This document shows positions 46,659 through 56,407 of a DNA stretch of 64,000 nucleotides, piece by piece; position 1 is the first letter of the stretch, and each line of letters begins with the position of its first letter. Below the pieces are notes generated by a model. That model was not told the DNA's origin, searched no databases, and saw only the letters and a program-made list of their open reading frames with translations. This DNA comes from Desulfatiglandales bacterium (GTDB taxonomy: Bacteria > Desulfobacterota > DSM-4660 > Desulfatiglandales > Desulfatiglandaceae): assembly GCA_963662465.1 (NCBI GenBank), contig OY759599.1:992001-1056000 (forward strand). Reading direction: 5' to 3'. The translations under genes and the position numbers were made by a program.

Positions 46659-49600
46659 TTACTCTTGAATCAAAGCCAGAAGTTCCTCCGCGGATATTTT
46701 CCCGCTCAAGTCACTCCCCGCGAGCAGGTTGTCGGCCAGCTTTCGTTTGCGGCGATGCATTTGTACGATTTTTTCTTCCACCGTTCCCCGGGTCATCAGG
46801 CGATAAATGGTCACGGGCCTTCGCTGACCGATCCGATGGGCGCGATCCGATGCCTGATCCTCCACCGCCGGGTTCCACCAGGGATCCAGGTGAATCACAT
46901 AATCCGCGGCCGTCAGATTCAACCCCAGGCCTCCGGCTTTAAGACTGATCAAAAAGAGATCGCCATCTCCCGACTGAAAGCCGTGGATTTCCTTTTCTCT
47001 CTGGGGAGCGGGCGTGCCGCCGTCCAGGTAGCGGTAGTTGATGCGGACTTCATCCAGATATTTTCGAACAATGGCGAGATGCCCCACAAACTGGCTGAAA
47101 ACGAGGGCCTTGTGCCCACCGGCGATGAGCTCCTCTGTAATCTCGGAGAAGCGCGCCAGTTTGCTGCCGGCAATGGAGATCTCCGGGTTGACAAGCGTAC
47201 TGTGACAGCATGCCTGGCGCAGTTTTGTGATCTCCGCCAGTATTTTGAGATGCTTTTGGCCGCCATGGCGTTCATCATCTCCGGAGAGTCGCTCCAGCGC
47301 CTGTTGACGCAGGGCCTCATAAAAGGCCGTTTCCTCCCGGCTCAAATCGATTTCCAGCACAATCTCCGTGCGGGGGGGCAGCTCCTCCAGAACCTGGGCT
47401 TTGGTCCGGCGCAGGATAAACGGCTGAATCAGCCGCTTCAGGTCTTTTCCAGCCTGGGTATCCCCCTCTTTTTCAATGGGGATGGCAAAGGTCTTGTTGA
47501 AATGCTCCTGGGAGCCCAAAAGGCCGGGATTGATAAACTGAAAAAGATTCCACAATTCACCCAGGTGATTTTCAATGGGCGTTCCGGTGAGAATCAGCTT
47601 GAATGCACCGGTCAGCGCCATGGCGGCCCGGGATCTTTTTGTGGCGAAATTTTTGATGGCCTGGGCTTCATCCAAGACCACCATTTGCCAGGAGATTTCA
47701 GACAACATGGCGGCCACTTTTTTTTGTTGCATCAGGCCGTAACTACAGATGAGCACGTCAAAGCTGCCCGCATCTTCCAAAATCTTCCTTCGGTTGCTTT
47801 TGCCGAATAAAATGGGGTTCAGGGAAGGGGCAAAGCGGTTGGTTTCGGCAACCCAGTTGGCACAGACCGAAGTGGGAGCAATCACCAGTGAGGCGCCTTG
47901 CGGCGCGTGCTTTATGAGCATGGCCAGAGCCTGCATGGTTTTACCAATTCCCATGTCATCAGCCAGGCAGGCTCCCACGCCCCACGCGGACAAACAATTC
48001 ATCCAGTTGACCCCCTGCAGCTGATAATCACGCAATTCGGCGTTGAGGGTGGATGGGGCCGCCAACAGGGGATGGACCTGGCTTTGAAGTTTTGTAATGT
48101 GCGTTTTCCATGCCTTGTTGCTCCGCACGCTGTCGACTTCCTGAAAAAAGCCCTCTAAGGCAAAGGCCGCCAGGGGGTGGAACCGTACCCCTTTTCCATC
48201 TCTCACCGAATATCGTTCAAGGGCCTGAAGTCGTTTTCGAAATAGGTTGGTCAATGCAACGAATCGGTCCGGCTGGATTTCAATGAATCGGGTGGGACTG
48301 TTTTCAAGATATTCCAAAAGGCTGGTCATCTCCAGGGTCAAGTGTTCATCCACCACCACCTGCCCGGTTACGGCAAACCAGTCCTCTCCCCCGCTGATGT
48401 TGAGCCGGCAATGGTTAAAGGAGACTTGCCCCAGCAATTCAAAGGGTTTACCTTCCGGCCACTCCAGAACGATCCCTTCGGTTTCCGCCTGGACGCCCAG
48501 GTCCTGCATCAGCTCCAGTGCGTCTTCCACCACTGGGAAATACCACTCCCCCTGATTCTCTTCCCCGGCCGCAAGGGTCGGGCATTCATTGATCAACCGA
48601 TCCGTCCGCTTCCTTTCGGTTTCAAGGTCCCGGGTGGTTTTCATCTGAGTGCCGTTTACCCGGGAGATGACATTTTTTCCCTTTCCGCCGGGGGGATAGG
48701 CGGGCCCCGCTTCACCCAGGGGACGCACCGCCATGGACAGTTTCAATCCCCTTCCCAGGGGGGAGAGCTGCACATGCAGCGTTGAATCCGGTGGTACCTC
48801 TGAAACAATGTCACTGCCCCCTTCGATATCCGAGTGGATGGTGATATCCTTTGCCAGCGCATCGATCACCTGAACAATTTTATCTTTTGCGGATGTCGGA
48901 AATGAGGCTTCGCTCCCCAGAATATCGGCAATGGCCTGATATTTTGCGTCCGGTGATACCAGCTTGATTCGGGTGGGCGTCTCCTGTACCACCACATGGT
49001 TTCCCGCGAAATGACGTATGGGTTTGGGGGACAGGACAAAGGTAAAGCGGTCTTTTCCCGTTTTTGAAATGGTGAGTTCCGGTTTTCCATGAACCAGCTC
49101 CATTCGGGTGGCGCCATCGCTTGAAAAGAGATGGGGGTGCCCCACAACATCGGGCATATAATCGTCGTCAAAAATATATTCCACATTGGTGTAAAACCCA
49201 TCTTTGTAACTGTGTTCATAGATATGCCCGCAAATGTTCTTGTCCTGTTCCGTCAGGTAGGGAAATGTTCTGATCTCATTGCACAGCCGTTTCAAGGCGA
49301 TGGGACGACCTTTTGTCCAAACGCCCTTTGCATTTCTCTTCTGCTCCCTGGGGCTGATCTCACATTCGCCGTTATTGTGATAGGAAAGGAACCAGACCAT
49401 GCGTTGATCGTATTCTTTTTCGTGCGCTTTGACCCGCTTTTGGCAGGATGATCCGTCATTCAGGGCGAGCAGTGCATTCAGTGTATGCTCCCAGATTTGG
49501 GTCTCCCGGATGAGGTCCAGCAGGCAGGAAGTCGGCGTATTTTTGCCGGGTTGGGTCCCGGTTTTGGATAAACTTTGGACCAGGTGCTCAAGTTCTCCGG

Positions 49601-50882
49601 CAAACCAGATATATTGATTCTCTTTGGCAATTTTATGGAGTCTCTTGATGTTTTCAAGTTCTTTTTTGGCCTCTTCCCGATCCACCCAATAATAGCCAAA
49701 TAAGGTGAAAAAATTGGAGGTCAGTCCCGTGGTATCACTATAGGAACTGATCCAGACATAATGGCTGAGAATTTTATCCGCCCCCCTGGTATTGCCCCGA
49801 AGATAATCCAGAAGCCCGCCCAATACCTCAAATATGGTTTCAAAAGCGTATTCCTGACGCATTCCCATTGCCAGACACGTTCCGGCTTTTAGAAAGGTTT
49901 CATCACGCCCTTCCTTGATCAGGGCCAGGATATAAAACAAGCCCCCTAAACCGCTGAAAAAAACCTTCTCTTTGCCGTTTGTCTTTTTATTGAGCAGACC
50001 CAATGCCTTTTCATAAAATGTGATGGCCTGGGCCGTCTCCCCCTGACAAAAGGCCATCCACCCCTGAAGACACAAACTGTTTTCAAGGTGTTCGCTGTTT
50101 TTCCCATATTTTTCAAGCCATATGTTCAATCGATCCTGTTGACCGGTGAGCATCCATTTTTCCAACACCGCCGCCGCCAGATCCGGTTCACATTTTTGAG
50201 ACCCTTCCATGACAAGGGATTCCAGATAATCACCACGGGAATCACTTTGGCGCCAGCATGCGATATCATTTTGATAAGATTCTCCCAGAAGGCTTGTATG
50301 GATATCGGGCGGTAAGCGTCGAAACCAGACGGGATCAAAGGGATTGCAGCAGATCTGTTCCCACACCCTGGGAAGCGTCTCTTTGTCGGAAACCCGGGTT
50401 ATAAACCTTTTATAAAGCCCAATGGCCTTAGGCACCTTGTCCTGATAATAAAAAATCCGCATGCCGGCCACCAATTGATCCATGGACAGAAAGGGTTTCT
50501 GTGAAAAGCCCGCTTCCGTAAAATTCAGTATTCGCTGGAGGGTGCCGACCATGGCGGTAAATTTTTTGTCCGCGGCCATGTGCCGGGTCAGAACTTCAAC
50601 GTAACCCCGGTTCACCAGAAGGACGCTGCGGCTTTTTCCATTTAATAGATCGCCTTTCAGAAGCGTATCCAGTGGCCCGCGAAGGCGCTTGAACATGGCG
50701 TTTTTTGTGCCGGAATCAAAGTGCTGCCCGTCTTCCGTCTTGATGTCAAGGGCGACCAAACAGGCCAGTAACTGTGTCTGGGTCAATTTGGCATAGGCGA
50801 TGGAAAGAATTTGCAGAATCTTTTTTTCGAGAAACGGCAGAGCAGTGTATTCTTCTATAATAGTTGGCGTTTTTATCGACAT
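46659..50882 (-). CDS. SNF2-family helicase/ATPase with long N-terminal extension
   Basis: LADDMGIGKT, LDEAQAIKN, LTGTPIEN, LVFSQF, QASDRAHRIGQ. Confidence 0.95.
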   Translation of the reverse strand: MSIKTPTIIEEYTALPFLEKKILQILSIAYAKLTQTQLLACLVALDIKTEDGQHFDSGTKNAMFKRLRGPLDTLLKGDLLNGKSRSVLLVNRGYVEVLTRHMAADKKFTAMVGTLQRILNFTEAGFSQKPFLSMDQLVAGMRIFYYQDKVPKAIGLYKRFITRVSDKETLPRVWEQICCNPFDPVWFRRLPPDIHTSLLGESYQNDIACWRQSDSRGDYLESLVMEGSQKCEPDLAAAVLEKWMLTGQQDRLNIWLEKYGKNSEHLENSLCLQGWMAFCQGETAQAITFYEKALGLLNKKTNGKEKVFFSGLGGLFYILALIKEGRDETFLKAGTCLAMGMRQEYAFETIFEVLGGLLDYLRGNTRGADKILSHYVWISSYSDTTGLTSNFFTLFGYYWVDREEAKKELENIKRLHKIAKENQYIWFAGELEHLVQSLSKTGTQPGKNTPTSCLLDLIRETQIWEHTLNALLALNDGSSCQKRVKAHEKEYDQRMVWFLSYHNNGECEISPREQKRNAKGVWTKGRPIALKRLCNEIRTFPYLTEQDKNICGHIYEHSYKDGFYTNVEYIFDDDYMPDVVGHPHLFSSDGATRMELVHGKPELTISKTGKDRFTFVLSPKPIRHFAGNHVVVQETPTRIKLVSPDAKYQAIADILGSEASFPTSAKDKIVQVIDALAKDITIHSDIEGGSDIVSEVPPDSTLHVQLSPLGRGLKLSMAVRPLGEAGPAYPPGGKGKNVISRVNGTQMKTTRDLETERKRTDRLINECPTLAAGEENQGEWYFPVVEDALELMQDLGVQAETEGIVLEWPEGKPFELLGQVSFNHCRLNISGGEDWFAVTGQVVVDEHLTLEMTSLLEYLENSPTRFIEIQPDRFVALTNLFRKRLQALERYSVRDGKGVRFHPLAAFALEGFFQEVDSVRSNKAWKTHITKLQSQVHPLLAAPSTLNAELRDYQLQGVNWMNCLSAWGVGACLADDMGIGKTMQALAMLIKHAPQGASLVIAPTSVCANWVAETNRFAPSLNPILFGKSNRRKILEDAGSFDVLICSYGLMQQKKVAAMLSEISWQMVVLDEAQAIKNFATKRSRAAMALTGAFKLILTGTPIENHLGELWNLFQFINPGLLGSQEHFNKTFAIPIEKEGDTQAGKDLKRLIQPFILRRTKAQVLEELPPRTEIVLEIDLSREETAFYEALRQQALERLSGDDERHGGQKHLKILAEITKLRQACCHSTLVNPEISIAGSKLARFSEITEELIAGGHKALVFSQFVGHLAIVRKYLDEVRINYRYLDGGTPAPQREKEIHGFQSGDGDLFLISLKAGGLGLNLTAADYVIHLDPWWNPAVEDQASDRAHRIGQRRPVTIYRLMTRGTVEEKIVQMHRRKRKLADNLLAGSDLSGKISAEELLALIQE

Positions 50883-51091
50883 GGGCGTTTTGTTCCTTTT
50901 TTTTTGATCGCAAGTTACAATCGTTGTCTCTTGATTTTGAAAAACATCTTATCCTATCGGTGCATTGCAATCAAGAAGGGTGACGGGGTGTCTTTTGCGG
51001 TGAAAGGGCGTGCGGAATATGGTATTGTTGTCCCCCTTAATGGATTCCAAAACATACGCACATCTGCCCATGCATCGATCCGTGGACCCGG

Positions 51092-51313
51092 TTCTGCGGT
51101 ATTCTGGATTTAACGACGGGCCGGATCGATTATGTGATCGCCGGTCACGACATGCCGATCATTGTTCGTGCCCGGGAAAACCGCATTGAGTGTCCCGCGT
51201 CGCCCCGGCAAAGTACCGTGCTGGGGGCCGTGGAAGAGGGGGTGCAGCTGGGGGAGGGAGCATTCGAGCTCAAAACCAGCGACATGTTGGTTCTCGATAC
51301 CGACGGCGTTACG
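51092..51313 (+). pseudogene. 222-bp diverged duplicate of the SpoIIE-domain coding sequence
   Basis: Colinear with 45692-45913 (offset 5400 bp). Confidence 0.92.
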
Positions 51314-51332
51314 TTGGCTAAGGTAAAATAAC

Positions 51333-51392
51333 TGCAGCGCGACTTCAGTCCCACAAAAAAACGGGCACTGTGCGTCTAAAGTCGCACCTACA
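51333..51392. repeat. Degenerate REP doublet of the same family as in the MITE
   Basis: GCGACTTCAGTCCCACA…TGTGCGTCTAAAGTCGCACCTACA. Confidence 0.7.
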
Positions 51393-51452
51393 GCACGGGA
51401 TGAAACGCCGTTGGAGACAATGTCACGTTGGTTCGCGAAACGCCGGGAAGAT

Positions 51453-52979
51453 CTATCCGCTGGTATAAAAAACGGCAATGAGATAAACCTTGTAGAGATT
51501 GCCGCCATATTCCACCGTTTCCGTCACATTATCCCAGTCAACGGTTTCAATGGCCTTCCCCAGGGTGTAGGAATGGAGGAGATCGTCATCCTGCATCTGG
51601 CCGTAACCCGGAATAGATGACGTGGTGATGTAGTCCCCGGGCTCGATGGGGCCGTTGATGTTGCTGACCCAGACCCGACCTTCCCCCAGAGCGTTTATCG
51701 CGCCGAAACGTTCACCCGGTTCCGACGCATACCAGTGTTCCCTGGGAAGGGGGCCCTCGAAAACCACGGCCCCCATAACGGCCTTGTCTTTTGGTTTGGC
51801 GGAAAGCGTAACGGTCGGCAGGGTGGCGGAAAGGGATATTTCACCGTCTTTCTGTCTTCTGATTTCTGTTTTCCCGGTGACGGAAACAATCATTCCAGGT
51901 AGAATTTGCGCATCCAGTTCCTCTGAAAATTTTGCGTCATGGGCACCCGTAAATGACCCGTAGTTGGTGCCTTCTCCGTCAGCATAAAAATCATAGGCCT
52001 TTTTCCCTCCCGCCCCGTAAACACCCGTGCCAAAATCACTGGTTGCAATACCTCGAACCCCCCAGGCTGTAAGGCCTCCTGCAACACCGCAAACACCCGT
52101 GCCGTGATCAACAGTTGTAGTACCGTAAACGCCATAACCGGCGAAGCCTTCAGCCTTCCCGTAAACGCCATAGTTTGTTGTTAATCCCTGTTTGGTTGCA
52201 ATACCATAGACACCGATGCCCTCTTCTCCATGAGCCTCAAATTTACCGCCGTAATTTTCAACTTCCCCAGTGTTATGGGCAATACCATGAACACCGATGC
52301 CCTTTCCTCCATAGGCCTCAAATTTGCCGCCATAGTTAGAGGCATTACTATCCTCATTTGCGGCTACCCCATGGAACGCCATGCTGCTGGCCCCAGTGGC
52401 CGTACTCTTAACACCCCTGCTGGAACTGCCCGTGGTTACAGCGTATACGCCTATGCCGGTTTTTCCGTAAGCCGCAAAGGAACCACCCTTGTTGGTTACA
52501 TCTCCCTCGTTACTCGCCTCGCCGTAAACCGCTGCGCCGGAACTGCCGCTGGCCTTCCCGTATAACCCGCGGCCCACACCTCCGCTGGCTTCGCCGTATA
52601 CAGCAATACCATTCGTACCGCTGGCGAATCCGTGGACGCCGTGGCCTTCGGTTGCATTGGAACTGCCGTAAACCCCCCTGCCGTTAGTGCCGTCGCCCCT
52701 GGCGTAGACGCCCCAGCTGTAGTCGCCGTCCGTGTAAGCGTAAATCGCCCTGCCGATGCCGACTCTAAAAAAACCCGCATAACCAAACGTAGAATTGTTG
52801 TTTATACTGCTGATAATTGCGCCATTATGATCTAATCCTGTGACATTTCCGCTCAACCGCAAGGAGCCGGCGTTATCGGTAGTGGTGATGCCACCAGGTT
52901 CAATCTTCATTTCAGCATTTGATTCGGCGAAAAACAGAAAAAATGTCATGACGACAGCAACAATAATAGATTTTTTCAC
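51453..52979 (-). CDS. Secreted Gly-rich repeat protein, tail-fibre/adhesin-like, with peptidase-G2/chaperone-like C-terminus
   Basis: GTG start with RBS GAGGAGG, signal peptide, many GxGVYG repeats, SFTGAH then GEGRVWV…GPIEPGDYITTS..PGYG. Confidence 0.7.
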   Translation of the reverse strand: MKKSIIVAVVMTFFLFFAESNAEMKIEPGGITTTDNAGSLRLSGNVTGLDHNGAIISSINNNSTFGYAGFFRVGIGRAIYAYTDGDYSWGVYARGDGTNGRGVYGSSNATEGHGVHGFASGTNGIAVYGEASGGVGRGLYGKASGSSGAAVYGEASNEGDVTNKGGSFAAYGKTGIGVYAVTTGSSSRGVKSTATGASSMAFHGVAANEDSNASNYGGKFEAYGGKGIGVHGIAHNTGEVENYGGKFEAHGEEGIGVYGIATKQGLTTNYGVYGKAEGFAGYGVYGTTTVDHGTGVCGVAGGLTAWGVRGIATSDFGTGVYGAGGKKAYDFYADGEGTNYGSFTGAHDAKFSEELDAQILPGMIVSVTGKTEIRRQKDGEISLSATLPTVTLSAKPKDKAVMGAVVFEGPLPREHWYASEPGERFGAINALGEGRVWVSNINGPIEPGDYITTSSIPGYGQMQDDDLLHSYTLGKAIETVDWDNVTETVEYGGNLYKVYLIAVFYTSG

Positions 52980-53132
52980 AGATTTTACCTCCTCATTTTT
53001 CAATTGGATTTTATCAGGGTTTAGAATTCTCCGGCATAAAGATGGAAATCCCAGCCCGCCCATTTGCACCCGTGTATAGCATATTGAAACGCCTGAGTCA
53101 CCTTCAAAACCCATCAGAATGTTCGGGTTTGA

Positions 53133-53430
53133 TCATTGTTCCGTCGCCGCGTGATAAACGGCCTCAACCCTTTTCAGAAACCGATCGGAATAAAGCCCGG
53201 TGGCGGATGAAAGGATAAAACCGCCATCGCGGTTCAGCAGACGCATTCGTTCCCTGAATGAGGAAAAATCCCGGGACGACAGCGCTTCGCTTTCCAGTAG
53301 CTCGCCTTCAATTCCTCCCATTAAACGGCCAGCGGGTATTGACATTCCTCGAATCGCCTGACGGGAAATTGTTTGAGAAGTAGGGACGGATCATCGACGT
53401 CGCGCAGTTCGAGGCCATGCGGCAATTTAG
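53133..53430 (-). pseudogene. C-terminal remnant of a uroporphyrinogen-decarboxylase/MtaA-like protein
   Basis: LMGGIE…DGGFILSSATGL; no N-terminal part. Confidence 0.4.
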
Positions 53431-53659
53431 GGCACTTAAAGAGGGATTTCTCCCCGACTCGACAGCCGGGTACGATTTCGCATATCTGCGCATTCAGAGC
53501 GACTCCCCGGGGATAACGATTGAGGGTCACGACGGGGGTTATCCCGGTTCCACAACCTGAGTGGTGTACTGGATCGAGGGCGATACCTATATTTCGTTTA
53601 ACCTCAACGGCAGCGGGAGAAACGCGCTCGCCTCGTTCCTCATCCCGATCATCGAGTAT

Positions 53660-54280
53660 TTACGTACGCAAGTGTAAATTCAGCCGATTGAATGCTCCCA
53701 GCCTCGGGCGAGGCACTGCTGATGCCCCCCCCCGCGCGACCAGGGCATAGGTCTGGGGCCCTTTGGGCACGTTGTAACCGCTGATTCGGATGATGTAGGC
53801 GCCCACCTCCGGCGTGGGCAGCATCAGTCCCAGAACATTGTTGACCCGGTCAAAATTCGTTGAGGAAGGAATTCCCCTCACACCGGCAATAATCCAGCCC
53901 GTATCCTTTGATAACTCCCAGCCCGTGTCCGTTTTCCGGTAACTTCTCTGCTCTGAATTCCCTTCTTCAATGCCGATGAACTGGCTGGTGTCGTTTTTTT
54001 CAATGGCGATGTAAAAGTCCCCCTGGTTGATGACCACGCCCTCTATCCCCACGCTAATCAATTCGTCGGGAATAAATCTGAAGACCTTTTTTAAGAGGAC
54101 TGTGCCTGGGAGACCGTTAGGACCGTTGTCATCATACACCAGAAGCGTGACGTCCGAGAAATCACAGAAGCATTTCACATATACAAAAGCCACTGACTCA
54201 AGATGGGCCGGATAGCTCAAAGGGGTAAAACGAACGGCCATGCTGTCGGCGCTTTTGCGATAAGAAGAGTATGTGAACAC
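53660..54280 (-). pseudogene. Fragment of a secreted S8-protease-type C-terminal region
   Basis: VYDDNGPNGLPG domain fused to DRVNNV…P..GAY.IRISGYNVPKGPQTYALV (KP-43-like tail); no catalytic domain. Confidence 0.55.
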
Positions 54281-54438
54281 TCGCTTTGGGTGTCAATAAA
54301 AATCCGAGCATACAGTCAATGATTTTAAGAGAAAAAAATGATACAGTAAGCAAAATTTGACAGTTTGATTCGCACGCAGTAAAAAAGACGTCTGAAATGT
54401 GACGAAAATGGCCTCAGCGGTGTATGGTATAGAAAAAG

Positions 54439-55011
54439 ATGGATAAAATGCATCCAACCGACGCAGTCTTGATCGAAAAATGCGTAAATGGCGAACGGGA
54501 TGCGTTTACGGAAATCGTAGAGCGGTATCAACACCGGATCTATTTTATGGCGCTGACCCGCATGAGAGATCGCCATGAGGCGGAAGATCTTGCGCAGGAA
54601 ACCTTTATCCAGGCCTACCGTAAACTGGCCGGATATGACCCGCAACGCAGCTTCAGGAACTGGCTGTTTGCTATCTGCACCAATTTGGGTAAAAACAAAT
54701 TGCGCAATCGTGCGAGGCGGCGCGAGGTGCATAAGCCACATCCTGAACGGGAGTCCGGCATAGCCCACCACCAGGATCATTCCCGAATTGACCTGATGGC
54801 CGCCCTTCATAAGATTCCGGAAAAACTTCGCGTCCCGCTGTTTTTAAAACACGTTGAAGGGTTTTCTTATCAAGAAATTTCCGCTGTTTTAAAAATCGGG
54901 ACCAGCGCCGCCAAAATGCGCGTACGAAGGGGGCGAGATCAACTGGTGCGACACCTGTCGGACTACCAACTCGATTCCACGGGCAATAAATTTGAAGACA
55001 CGGGAATCTAA
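54439..55011 (+). CDS. ECF sigma-70 factor
   Basis: AEDLAQETFIQAY, FRNWLFAI (region 2); EGFSYQEIS…AKMRVRRGR (region 4). Confidence 0.95.
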   Translation: MDKMHPTDAVLIEKCVNGERDAFTEIVERYQHRIYFMALTRMRDRHEAEDLAQETFIQAYRKLAGYDPQRSFRNWLFAICTNLGKNKLRNRARRREVHKPHPERESGIAHHQDHSRIDLMAALHKIPEKLRVPLFLKHVEGFSYQEISAVLKIGTSAAKMRVRRGRDQLVRHLSDYQLDSTGNKFEDTGI

Positions 55012-55014
55012 AAC

Positions 55015-56331
55015 ATGAGGCAACACCACATGGAACACCGGGACAACGTGCTTCATAACCTATTGGATGCAAACCTCACACCGGAAACATCCGATTTACA
55101 GGGTCATGAAGCCGAACGGTATTCCCAATATACGGAAAGCCTGAAACAGCTTGAAGATCATCAAGAAAAAGCGCCCGATGATTTCATCGCTCAATTGATG
55201 GCGGCGCTTCCCCATAAGCCACGCCCCACTTGGCGTGACAAGGTGAAATCATTCTTGCCGGAGCGGCGTTTCTGGGCTGTGCCGGGGCTGGCGGGCGCAC
55301 TGGCCATGCTCGTTTTGCTGACGGGCTTTACCCTTTTCCGAAGCTCTCAGGACAACGATTATATACCGGTGGTTCTGGACCTGTATGCCCCATCCGCCAA
55401 ACAGGTGGAACTGGTGGGAACCTTTTCGGACTGGGCGCCGAAAACATTTTGCCTGAAGGGCCCGGATGCCGTTGGTTACTGGGCCATTGCCATTAAATTG
55501 CCGCCGGGAAGATATGAGTACGCTTTTCTGGTCAATGGATCACAACTGGTCCCGGACGACGACGGAGAAGCCCTTCGTCCCGACGGTTTTGGCCGCGAAA
55601 ACAATGTGCTCCTGGTCAGAAACACATTGAAATTGGACCAGAAGCATGGATTTGCCCCCCATGAATATGTCACCATCCCTAAACATGACTCTGACAGCCT
55701 AATCCTGGGCCTGCCTGATCGAGACCAGTGGATAGCGCTTCTCGATGGCGGCGTCTCTTCCGGTATTGAAAGGAAAACCATCGAAAATCTGTTGGAGCAT
55801 CTGGCAAGCGCCAACATCACGCCTGATCAAGCGAGAAATATCCTGGCGCCCTTATTTCAGGATGCACAGGGGCGAAATCATTCAGAACATATGTTTTTTA
55901 AAATCCACGAGTGTCTTTTAAAAAAGGCGCTTCCAGACACACTCAAATCCATGGTCCAAAACAGGTATGAGGCATTTAAGACAGCGAAAGCAATTCTGAC
56001 ACAAACAGGATACGGCGCATCGATGGGGGAAGATCCGACCCTGCTTAATGCAACGGCCTTTGCGCTGGAGGGAGGACAGGACCCGGCATTCCTTCGGGAG
56101 ATTTTAACAGCGGGCGCAGGTAAACCCTCCGACCGGATCGCCGACGTCATCGAAGCGGGAGAAATCCTGCACCATGCCGGGCTTTGGCCCGAAACGCTCA
56201 AATTAATCATGAAAGACGCCCTTCAGAAAGATCTCGAAAGCAGACAGATGAAACAGGCCACAAAGCGGATAAAGGAAAGACTCCGAAAAGGACTCGACCC
56301 GAAGACCATTCGGGATAACCTTTTGGGATAG
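55015..56331 (+). CDS. Anti-sigma-like membrane protein with CBM48/AMPK-type glycogen-binding domain and helical C-terminal domain
   Basis: 3-bp gap after the sigma gene, one TM helix, APSAKQVELVGTFSDW…LPPGRYEYAFLVNG…DGFGRENNVL. Confidence 0.85.
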   Translation: MRQHHMEHRDNVLHNLLDANLTPETSDLQGHEAERYSQYTESLKQLEDHQEKAPDDFIAQLMAALPHKPRPTWRDKVKSFLPERRFWAVPGLAGALAMLVLLTGFTLFRSSQDNDYIPVVLDLYAPSAKQVELVGTFSDWAPKTFCLKGPDAVGYWAIAIKLPPGRYEYAFLVNGSQLVPDDDGEALRPDGFGRENNVLLVRNTLKLDQKHGFAPHEYVTIPKHDSDSLILGLPDRDQWIALLDGGVSSGIERKTIENLLEHLASANITPDQARNILAPLFQDAQGRNHSEHMFFKIHECLLKKALPDTLKSMVQNRYEAFKTAKAILTQTGYGASMGEDPTLLNATAFALEGGQDPAFLREILTAGAGKPSDRIADVIEAGEILHHAGLWPETLKLIMKDALQKDLESRQMKQATKRIKERLRKGLDPKTIRDNLLG

Positions 56332-56407
56332 ACAATGCCGGCGAAAAGCTGTTTTTTCTTTTGAAATCCCCTTCCCTAAAAACAAGAGCCATTGAACAGT
56401 CAACATC

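Noticed and set aside
46533..47810. 425-aa plus-strand ORF
   Set aside because: Antisense to the conserved SNF2 helicase core.
41621..51313. The 108-bp and 222-bp duplicates as DGR VR/TR pairs
   Set aside because: Mismatches are not confined to adenines and there is no RT.
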